A stretch of DNA of 64,000 bases from an uncultured Fimbriimonadaceae bacterium. GTDB taxonomy: Bacteria > Armatimonadota > Fimbriimonadia > Fimbriimonadales > Fimbriimonadaceae. This document shows positions 1 through 6,810 of this stretch, piece by piece. The translations under genes were made by a program, and so were the position numbers. The notes below the pieces were generated by a model. That model searched no databases. It saw nothing but the letters and a program-made list of their open reading frames with translations, and was not told where the DNA came from. Within the stretch, counting starts at the first letter, position 1, and each line of letters starts with the position of its first letter. The stretch spans positions 756 through 64,755 of the forward strand of contig CAZNUL010000011.1 of the NCBI GenBank assembly GCA_964576205.1, written 5' to 3'.

Positions 1-1
1 T

Positions 2-727
2 TGCCGGACCCTTGAGGGAATGGAAGGCTTCCCCGGCTGGCGCGAGTGGGTCAAGACCTGGATCGAGCGGAAAGCCGGATTCTCGCGCTTCGACGTTGCA
101 GTCGATGATGTAGGCGGCCACATAGCCTTCGAAACCGTAACGAGCCAGGTCAAGAACCGCATCGCGGTGATGCGAGCAACGTCTCACAAGGTCATCGAGG
201 AGACGAACCGCAAAGGAACGTTTCAGACGCTGTACGTTGGCAAGCGCTCGAGCCAAACTATGATGCGCTGCTATGACAAGGGGATGCAGCTCGGCGAGGG
301 CCGGTCTTGGCTGCGCTTCGAGTTCGAATACAAGGACGACCGGGCGCACGCTGTTGCACACCTGTTCGCCTATCAGGGCTGGGACCCGGTAGTCGGCACG
401 GCTCGGACCTTCATCGAGTTCAAGGACGAAACCCACACAACGAGCGACCGAACGCGCCAACGGCCGGCCGCATGGTGGGTGCAGCTGATCGACGCGAGCA
501 AACACAAGCTCGAAGTCGCCAAGCAAGCGCACGCGTCCCTCGTCAAGACGTGGGCATGGCTCAAGCGTCAGGTAGCTCCGGCAATCGCGGTCCTGATGGA
601 GCACCAAATGGGCGATATCGCCTGGGTGTGCGAACTGGCCGACGAAGGCAAACCGCGTTGGCATGAACGGCACCGGCAAATGCTCCGATCTGAGGGCGAC
701 CTACCACCGCTGGCAATGGTGGCATGA
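2..727 (+). CDS. Rep_trans-type replication initiation protein, C-terminal part; the N-terminus is probably off-window
   Basis: ORF track 20..727, with no in-frame stop back to nt 2. Segments LYVGKRSSQTMMRCYDKG and WLRFEFEYKDDRA resemble the phage/ICE replication initiation factor family. Confidence 0.5.
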   Translation, partial: CRTLEGMEGFPGWREWVKTWIERKAGFSRFDVAVDDVGGHIAFETVTSQVKNRIAVMRATSHKVIEETNRKGTFQTLYVGKRSSQTMMRCYDKGMQLGEGRSWLRFEFEYKDDRAHAVAHLFAYQGWDPVVGTARTFIEFKDETHTTSDRTRQRPAAWWVQLIDASKHKLEVAKQAHASLVKTWAWLKRQVAPAIAVLMEHQMGDIAWVCELADEGKPRWHERHRQMLRSEGDLPPLAMVA

Positions 728-880
728 TCCGCGCAGGTTCAAAACCAGGTGCAAATGCCGGTACTCTGCTTGCGACGAATAGGTGTACAAACGTCTATAA
801 TATAGAGACAGCATCGGACTCGAAACAGGAGATCATCGGCTTCTTTACGGTTCTGCTGCGAATGAGGAAAAAGAGAGAGA

Positions 881-2413
881 ATGCCCAAGCTCAAGAAACC
901 GGAATCGACGCTCCCGACAGTTAGGCAGGCGGTCATTTACGCGCGTGTCTCGTCTCGGGAACAAGCCGAAGAGGGCTACTCGATCGACGCGCAATTAAGG
1001 CTGCTGCGGGATTACTGCGCGGCTAATAGCCTGGTCGTCTCGCGGGAGTTTATCGAGGTCGAGACTGCCAAGCGAACGGGGCGGCGCGAGTTCGAGCGGA
1101 TGGTTGAGTATGTGCGGTCGAACGGAATCTGCGCGGTTGTCGCTGAGAAGATCGACCGTCTTTACCGCAATCTTAAGGACCCGGCCACTATCGAGGAGTT
1201 GGGTATCGAACGGCATTTCGCGAAAGAGGGCGGGGCGCTAACGGATCGGTCTAGGAGCCACGAGAAGTTCATCCATGACATCAAGCTGGTCCTCGCCAAG
1301 AACTATTGCGACAACCTGAGCGAAGAGGCGCGAAAGGGCATGATGGAAAAGGCGAAGCAAGGCGTCCATCCTGCCCAAGCTCCCATTGGTTACCTGAACG
1401 TCGCCGAGGGCAGTAGACGGGGAATTGCCGTCGATCCTGAGCGAGCGCCAATCGTGCGGCAGATCTTCGAGGAGTACGCGGCGGGTGGCTACTCGGTCAA
1501 GACGCTGACCAAACGGGCTCGCTCTCTCGGTCTGAGGACTCGCAAGGGCAACGTCTTGCATACGAGCTCCATAGACTGGATTCTGCGGAACCCAATGTAC
1601 TACGGGCTGATCCGCTGGGATGGCCGACTCTTCCCTGGCACTCACGAACCGCTTGTCTCCAAGGAACTATGGGACAAGGCACAAGGCATCTTGCACGGAC
1701 GCAACAACCTGGGAAACGCGGGATACGGCTTGAAGGACTTCACATATAAAGGCATCTTCACTTGCGGCCATTGCGGCTGCGTCGTGACGGCTGAGATCAA
1801 GAAGGGCAAATACGTCTATTACCACTGCACGGGTCGGCGTGGCTCCTGTCCTGGACAAACGAGCATCAGGGAAGAGGCCATTACTGAGCAGCTAGGGGCG
1901 ATCCTGGCGGGTCTGAGGATCAAGCCGGAAATTCTCTCGTGGCTTAAAGATGCGCTGCGAGAAAGTCTAGAAGAGGCCGGACAAATCAAGGCCGTGCAAT
2001 TGGAACGGCTCGAAGCTGAGCGCGCTACCCTTCGCAAGCGGCTGGAGCAACTGTACGCGGACAAGATCAGCGGCGACGTTCCTGCAAGCGTCTACCCGAC
2101 TCTAAAAGAGCGTTGGGAGTCAGAACTTGCCGAGGTCGATGTGGCGATTCGGGCGTCTGAGGCTGCCGATAGCTCCTACTATGACGAGGGAGTTGCGCTG
2201 TTAGAACTGGCTCAAAATGCCCATCTTGAGTTCAAAACGGCTGATTCCGACGACAGGCGCGAACTGCTCCGATATCTAGGTTCGAACTTCAAGATTGTTG
2301 ACGGAAAGGTGGTCGTCGAGCTTCGAAATAGCTTCAAAACCATGTTCGAAGCTAACCAACAAGAGGCTGGAATGGCTCCGAATACGATGCAATCTGAAAT
2401 ATGGTCGGGATGA
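881..2413 (+). CDS. Large serine recombinase (integrase)
   Basis: The N-terminal resolvase motif VIYARVSSREQAEEGYSIDAQ contains the catalytic Ser. It is followed by a recombinase domain, a Cys-rich zinc ribbon (CGHCGCVVTAEIKKGKYVYYHCTGRRGSCPG) and a coiled-coil tail. A purine-rich RBS precedes the ATG. Confidence 0.9.
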   Translation: MPKLKKPESTLPTVRQAVIYARVSSREQAEEGYSIDAQLRLLRDYCAANSLVVSREFIEVETAKRTGRREFERMVEYVRSNGICAVVAEKIDRLYRNLKDPATIEELGIERHFAKEGGALTDRSRSHEKFIHDIKLVLAKNYCDNLSEEARKGMMEKAKQGVHPAQAPIGYLNVAEGSRRGIAVDPERAPIVRQIFEEYAAGGYSVKTLTKRARSLGLRTRKGNVLHTSSIDWILRNPMYYGLIRWDGRLFPGTHEPLVSKELWDKAQGILHGRNNLGNAGYGLKDFTYKGIFTCGHCGCVVTAEIKKGKYVYYHCTGRRGSCPGQTSIREEAITEQLGAILAGLRIKPEILSWLKDALRESLEEAGQIKAVQLERLEAERATLRKRLEQLYADKISGDVPASVYPTLKERWESELAEVDVAIRASEAADSSYYDEGVALLELAQNAHLEFKTADSDDRRELLRYLGSNFKIVDGKVVVELRNSFKTMFEANQQEAGMAPNTMQSEIWSG

Positions 2414-2478
2414 CTGGATTCGAACCAGCGACCTCTGCGTCCCGAACGCAGCGCTCTACCAAGCTGAGCCACATCCCG
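2402..2478 (-). tRNA. tRNA-Pro (anticodon CGG), CCA encoded
   Basis: Hand-folded cloverleaf on the minus strand: acceptor CGGGATG/CATCCCG, anticodon stem CTGCG/CGCAG with loop TTCGGGA, T-arm GCTGG-TTCGAAT-CCAGT, discriminator A plus CCA. Confidence 0.9.
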
Positions 2479-2483
2479 ACCTT

Positions 2484-2523
2484 GGCTGATGGGCTGATGG
2501 TTGAGTAAAGTGATGGGCTGAAG
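2484..2523. repeat. Tandem octamer array, unit GGCTGATG (2 perfect and 3 degenerate units in register)
   Basis: Read directly: GGCTGATG GGCTGATG GTTGAGTA AAGTGATG GGCTGAAG. The unit is the reverse complement (rotated) of the octamer at 31164-31195. Confidence 0.8.
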
Positions 2524-2586
2524 TGCCCCCAACCTGCCCCAGCGGGTTGAAAGGATACCCCGATCCCAGGGGAGTACCATCTCCAC

Positions 2587-3624
2587 GTGGCGATCCACCT
2601 CCTGAATCCACTCTGGGACGCCTCCGGGGGCAGCGAGTGGCGCACGATCTCCCTGTTCCGCGAGCTCGCACCTCACGCCGAAGTCTCGGTCTGGACCGAA
2701 TACACTCCCGACCCTCGTCTCCTCGGTCAGGTCCCGATCAAGGAGATGCTCCAGCTCCAGTCCTTTCCGCGCGAGGGCACATTCGTATTCATCGGCGCCT
2801 ATTGGGAGGTCGGCAGATGGCTCACACAGGCCCGCCCCGACCGCGTTATCCTCGCCTACAACATCCCCGATCCGGAGACGCTCGATTACAGGATCTCGCA
2901 ATTAGAGGCAGTAACCGGCCGCAAGGTTGAGCTTCGATTCGCCTCTGATATGATGGCCAGGCATGCGAACGGGCGGCACGGAACAGTCGAGCTTTCCCCA
3001 ATCGACTTCGAGGTTTTCGCGCCCGGGAAGGCCACGCTAAGGACGGGTGGTCGCCCAGTGGTCGTGGGCCGGCATAGCCGCGATCAGACCTACAAGCATC
3101 ACCCAAACGATCCCGCGATCTATAAGCACCTGATCGGGCTCGAGTGCCAGGTGAGAGTTCTTGGCGGCATGTGCTTAGCGGATCGGGCGGCTTGGCTCAC
3201 CCGTGAATCAGTGACAATGGAGCCGACCCCTGATGAGGCATCGGTCTGCCTATCGGTCGATCGACCCATCAGTCTGATGCCCGCCAACTCCGTGCCCGCC
3301 CACGAGTTCCTTCAGGGCCTCGATATCTTCTTCTATCAAACCGATCCGAGTTGGACCGAAGCCTACGGACGAGTCGTCGCGGAGGCAATGGGATGCGGCC
3401 TTCCCTGCGTAGTGGAAGCCGGCGGAGGGTACGAGTCGTTGATCCGGCAATGTGAAAACGGGTTCACATTCAAAACCCAGGAGGAGGCTGTCGAACTGTT
3501 GGAACAACTGGTTGCAGATTCCGATCTTAGGGCACGGGTCGGCTGCTCAGCGAGGAAGAGCATCGTCGACCTTTACGATGCTGAGAGACAAAAGACGCTG
3601 GGCTTCTATCTCGCGGGACCTTAA
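2587..3624 (+). CDS. Glycosyltransferase, GT-B fold (family 1/4-like)
   Basis: C-terminal segment EAYGRVVAEAMGCGLPCVVEAGGGYESLIRQCENGF is typical of group-1 glycosyltransferases. GTG start. Confidence 0.7.
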   Translation: MAIHLLNPLWDASGGSEWRTISLFRELAPHAEVSVWTEYTPDPRLLGQVPIKEMLQLQSFPREGTFVFIGAYWEVGRWLTQARPDRVILAYNIPDPETLDYRISQLEAVTGRKVELRFASDMMARHANGRHGTVELSPIDFEVFAPGKATLRTGGRPVVVGRHSRDQTYKHHPNDPAIYKHLIGLECQVRVLGGMCLADRAAWLTRESVTMEPTPDEASVCLSVDRPISLMPANSVPAHEFLQGLDIFFYQTDPSWTEAYGRVVAEAMGCGLPCVVEAGGGYESLIRQCENGFTFKTQEEAVELLEQLVADSDLRARVGCSARKSIVDLYDAERQKTLGFYLAGP

Positions 3625-3747
3625 TGCCCACCCCTTCTGGCTCTTCCTCTATCCGCATTCTAACAGGCAGGTTGCAATCGGAGGCGGCCCGCGGCCATAA
3701 TCGTTAGGCCGCCCGAGGCATCGATTTGCTCGGCGAGGATTTTAACC

Positions 3748-3915
3748 ATGGCGAAGAAGGCCGAGAACCGCGAAATCATCCGTGTCGTGTGCACCGAGGA
3801 TGGAAAGAATTACTACACGACCACGAAGAACAAGCGCAACACGACGGACCGACTCGAGATCATGAAATACAATCCGAACTTGCGGAAACACACATTGCAC
3901 CGGGAGAAGAAGTAG
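3748..3915 (+). CDS. rpmG: 50S ribosomal protein L33
   Basis: 55-aa ORF, too short for the ORF track, hand-translated as [55 protein letters not shown]. It carries the L33 signature YTTTKNKRN...RKHT. Confidence 0.9.
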   Translation: MAKKAENREIIRVVCTEDGKNYYTTTKNKRNTTDRLEIMKYNPNLRKHTLHREKK

Positions 3916-3942
3916 GAGCCTAAACACCTAGCACTGGGATTC

Positions 3943-3984
3943 AACTCCTAACTCCAAACTCCAAACTCCAAACTCCAAACTCGA
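3943..3984. repeat. Tandem heptamer array, unit AACTCCA (6 units)
   Basis: AACTCCT, AACTCCA x4, AACTCGA. The array ends 3 nt before the rpmF ATG. Confidence 0.95.
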
Positions 3985-3987
3985 GAG

Positions 3988-4176
3988 ATGCCTAATCCTA
4001 AACGCCGCCACAGTCATCAGCGCACCGCATTGCGAAGGACGAATTACGTCGCCGAACTTCCGGAGATCGAAGCGAACAAGCAGGTCGGCGGCGAGCCTTT
4101 CAAGCTCCGCTTCACGGCGACCCCCGACGGCTACTACAAGGGCCGGCGGTTGCCGGGATTCAAGGACAAAGGCTAA
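3988..4176 (+). CDS. rpmF: 50S ribosomal protein L32
   Basis: N-terminal MPNPKRRHSHQRTALRR and C-terminal DGYYKGRR match the L32 pattern. Confidence 0.9.
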   Translation: MPNPKRRHSHQRTALRRTNYVAELPEIEANKQVGGEPFKLRFTATPDGYYKGRRLPGFKDKG

Positions 4177-4213
4177 AGGGAGCCGTTCCCTCTACTCCGG
4201 TCACCAATAAATA

Positions 4214-4241
4214 AGCCCCGGCGAAGCACGCCGGGGCTTTT
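4214..4241. terminator. Bidirectional rho-independent terminator between rpmF and the PEP-CTERM gene
   Basis: 10-bp stem AGCCCCGGCG/CGCCGGGGCT with a 5-nt loop. It is followed by TTTT and preceded by an A/T-rich run, so it can serve both strands. Confidence 0.75.
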
Positions 4242-4260
4242 GTAATTTTTGGGGCTATCC

Positions 4261-5148
4261 TTATCGACTCGGGTTTCGGCGACGTCGAAGGAGCGCCAAC
4301 GCGCCGATCGAGAGTACGGCGATCGACGCGGGCTCCGGCACCGGGCTTACGCTGAAGTTGTCGTACCCTACTTGATCTCCGGCGCTGCCGCTGGCGAACA
4401 TGCGCACGGCGGTTGGGGCGGCTTGGCCGAGAACGTTGTTCTGGCCTCCCGTCAGATACCAGCCGTTTCCGGACACATCGATGGTCGTCGTACTGCCGCC
4501 GGTCGTGAGATTCCGGATCGAAGTCGACATGATCTGATTGGTCGTAAAGTTCCAGGTGACCGACATTCGATACCAGTCATTCAGGATCAGGCTCTGGAAG
4601 GCCGGGTCTGGGCTGCTGAAGTTACCGATGGTACTTGCTCCGGCGGCCGGCGCCCAGCCAATATTCGCGTTGAACGCATCGGCGTTCGCCGAGTGATCGA
4701 CCGGACTGGTCCATTGCATGATCGTCTGGAAGTAGTCCGATGACCCTGAAGGCTGGAGGGAAACGCTACCCAGGTTATCCGCGGCCGGTGGGGTGCCGAC
4801 AAATTTGCCGTTAAAGTCGTAGGCGAGCGTCCAGGTTCCGCCGGCGGCAAAACTGACATCGTGCTGGGCCCGCGTAGGAGTTTGCGCGGTCGTCACATTG
4901 CCAGCGAAGAACTGGTTCCCGCCACTCGGGTCAGCGTTGAACCCGAGTGCGTTTCCGCTATAAGTGTAAATGCTGCCGTCGATGCTCCCGGAAATGGGGT
5001 TGTACCATCCGTTCTGACCGCCCCCGCCAAAGCCGTTGGTGAGCAGCGTGCCTGCGGCCGAGCCGGACTCCGACTCGAAGTTGTCGCTGAACTGGGCAAA
5101 GCAGGCTGCTGCCAGCGCTGCGATCGCAAAACTAAAACCGAACTTCAC
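4261..5148 (-). CDS. Secreted PEP-CTERM sorting-domain protein
   Basis: Signal peptide MKFGFSFAIAALAAACFA. The C-terminal VPEPASIAVLSIGALALLRRRR has the PEP motif, a TM segment and a basic tail. Confidence 0.85.
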   Translation of the reverse strand: MKFGFSFAIAALAAACFAQFSDNFESESGSAAGTLLTNGFGGGGQNGWYNPISGSIDGSIYTYSGNALGFNADPSGGNQFFAGNVTTAQTPTRAQHDVSFAAGGTWTLAYDFNGKFVGTPPAADNLGSVSLQPSGSSDYFQTIMQWTSPVDHSANADAFNANIGWAPAAGASTIGNFSSPDPAFQSLILNDWYRMSVTWNFTTNQIMSTSIRNLTTGGSTTTIDVSGNGWYLTGGQNNVLGQAAPTAVRMFASGSAGDQVGYDNFSVSPVPEPASIAVLSIGALALLRRRRNPSR

Positions 5149-5268
5149 CGTTTACCCCCCGGAGCACACGAGCCAACTGCGCGAAACCTTCCGCGCAAAA
5201 CGAACAGCCTAGTTATAGCGCGATCAGGAGCAAACGGGGACGGTTTGATACCCGTGAACTTACTGGTT

Positions 5269-5340
5269 TTTGGAATTTGGAATTTGGAATTTGGAATTTG
5301 AGGTGTTTGGAGTTTGGAGTTTGGAGTTTAGGATTTGTTG
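5269..5340. repeat. Composite tandem heptamer array: TTTGGAA x4, then TTTGGAG x3 with degenerate flanking units
   Basis: Read directly. The TTTGGAG sub-array is the reverse complement (rotated) of the AACTCCA array at 3943-3984. Confidence 0.95.
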
Positions 5341-5393
5341 GGAGTCTCGTTGAGGGGGATTTCACCGCGAGGCACTGTGAGCACGAAGGATCG

Positions 5394-5414
5394 GATTTCA
5401 GATTTCTGATTTCG
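5394..5414. repeat. Tandem heptamer array, unit GATTTCN (3 units)
   Basis: GATTTCA GATTTCT GATTTCG, the same unit type as the array at 24325-24359. Confidence 0.8.
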
Positions 5415-5472
5415 GGTGCTGAATTGAGTCTGCGCGCTCGGCTCTTGGCCATGGGTCACAATCTCCTCGGCG

Positions 5473-6228
5473 ATGCATCTATCCGATGAGCAATGGTCCC
5501 GATTCGAGCGAGACGGTTATCTGAATCTCGGCCAGGTCCTCGCGGAGGGCGATCTCGCCGCCTTGCAGCAACGGATCGACGCCATCATGCTTGGCACGGC
5601 GCCCGTCGACTACGAACGACTCTTGATGCAGCTCGACAGTTCCACCGGCGAATACAAGGACGCGCCGGAGCAAACCAACGGGCACAAGGGCGCGACCCTC
5701 GCCTATCGGAAAATCCAGAACCTCGAGCACGACGACCTCTTCGGTGGCTACCTTCGCCATCCGGTCTTTCGCGAAATCTGCGCGCGGGCGTACGGTCCGG
5801 ACGCCCCCATCGCTTGCTTCCGTGCCATGTTCATGAACAAGCCGTCGAATCAGGGTACGAAACTGCCCTGGCATCAGGACGCGTGGACCGACTTGGACCG
5901 CCAACCTATCATCACCGTTTGGACGGCACTCGATCCCGCGACAAAAGCCAACGGATGCGTCGAAGCGATTCCGGGAAGCCACCGCGACGGCCTCGTGAAC
6001 CCCGAACACGGCTCCGGCTTTCTGACGGCAGAGCAAGCCGCCGAACGTTGCACTCCCGAGAAGACGGTCTATCTCGAACTTGGCCCCGGCGAAGCTGTGC
6101 TGCTCCATAACTGGCTCTTGCACAGCTCCGACGTGAACCGAACGCCGGTCTCGCGTCGCGGGTTCAGCGTCTGTTACATGGACGCGAGGACAGTCTCACG
6201 ATCGGGTCATCGCTTCGAGCCTCTATAA
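5473..6228 (+). CDS. Phytanoyl-CoA dioxygenase (PhyH) family Fe(II)/2-oxoglutarate oxygenase
   Basis: The N-terminus (EQWSRFERDGYLNLGQVL) is typical of PhyH. HxD in PWHQDAW and the distal His in IPGSH form the metal-binding triad. Confidence 0.75.
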   Translation: MHLSDEQWSRFERDGYLNLGQVLAEGDLAALQQRIDAIMLGTAPVDYERLLMQLDSSTGEYKDAPEQTNGHKGATLAYRKIQNLEHDDLFGGYLRHPVFREICARAYGPDAPIACFRAMFMNKPSNQGTKLPWHQDAWTDLDRQPIITVWTALDPATKANGCVEAIPGSHRDGLVNPEHGSGFLTAEQAAERCTPEKTVYLELGPGEAVLLHNWLLHSSDVNRTPVSRRGFSVCYMDARTVSRSGHRFEPL

Positions 6229-6304
6229 CTCGGTGAATCAGGTATAGTGCGAGATTGAGACCGGACTCGATCGTTTGCCGTTGTCCGGAGGCCCCTCGGC
6301 CAGA

Positions 6305-6332
6305 TGTGGTTTGCGGCTTGTGGCTTGTGGTT
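6305..6332. repeat. Tandem heptamer array, unit TGYGGYT (4 units)
   Basis: TGTGGTT TGCGGCT TGTGGCT TGTGGTT, about 100 nt upstream of rpsO. Confidence 0.85.
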
Positions 6333-6435
6333 TGAATACCCCAACGCCCAATACCTCAATACCCTCCCGAACGGGGAGCCTGCGCAGAGCGGCTAACCTA
6401 GGACGGTCTCGAGATACGGGAGCACGACTTTTAGC

Positions 6436-6717
6436 ATGCCGCTGGAAAAAACTCGAAAGCAATCTGTGGTTACGGAGCACGCTCGATCGGAGGGGGACAC
6501 CGGTTCACCCGAAGTCCAAATCGCGCTAATGCAGGCGAGAATCCTGCAGATCACGGATCATCTCCGAACGAACAAAAAGGATTTTCACTCGCGCCGCGGG
6601 CTGATGATCCTCGTCGGGAAACGCCGCCGCCTAGAGGGCTATCTGCGCGCCAAGGATATCAACCGCTACCGCGAGCTGATCAAGAAGCTCGGCATACGCG
6701 AAGTCAAGCCCCGCTAG
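6436..6717 (+). CDS. rpsO: 30S ribosomal protein S15
   Basis: [51 protein letters not shown] is a canonical S15 sequence. The gene lies upstream of pnp, as in many bacteria. Confidence 0.95.
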   Translation: MPLEKTRKQSVVTEHARSEGDTGSPEVQIALMQARILQITDHLRTNKKDFHSRRGLMILVGKRRRLEGYLRAKDINRYRELIKKLGIREVKPR

Positions 6718-6721
6718 ATAC

Positions 6722-6741
6722 GGCCTTACGGTGTTAAGGCC
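6722..6741 (+). terminator. Hairpin just after rpsO (possible attenuating terminator or pnp leader processing hairpin)
   Basis: 7-bp stem GGCCTTA/TAAGGCC with a 6-nt loop and only a short T tract. The rpsO-pnp intergenic hairpin is a known regulatory site in E. coli. Confidence 0.35.
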
Positions 6742-6767
6742 TTACGGCATTGGTACAGTCCAAGGCC

Positions 6768-6791
6768 GCAACGCCTCAACGCCGTAACGCC
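6768..6791. repeat. Tandem octamer array, unit NNAACGCC (3 units)
   Basis: GCAACGCC TCAACGCC GTAACGCC in the pnp leader, 10 nt upstream of the AGGAGG RBS. Confidence 0.7.
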
Positions 6792-6810
6792 CCGATTGGC
6801 AGGAGGCAAA

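Larger units (their letters stand above)
1..2413. mobile_element. Right-hand end of an integrated element (Rep + large serine recombinase) abutting tRNA-Pro; the left boundary is off-window
   Basis: A rolling-circle-type Rep ORF and a serine recombinase sit side by side. The recombinase stop codon lies inside the 3' acceptor/CCA end of tRNA-Pro (12-nt overlap). An AT-rich spacer (727-881) contains TATAAT at 796-801. Confidence 0.55.

Noticed and set aside
3943-3984. Possibility that the short tandem arrays are CRISPR arrays or degenerate CRISPR remnants.
   Set aside because: The units are only 7-8 nt and directly abutting with no spacers. No cas genes are present in the window.
5213-5489. 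ORFs 5213..5452 (-) and 5277..5489 (+) spanning the heptamer arrays.
   Set aside because: Their open frames are a by-product of stop-free tandem repeats, and the translations are repetitive nonsense (FGIWN..., KFQIPNSKFQ).
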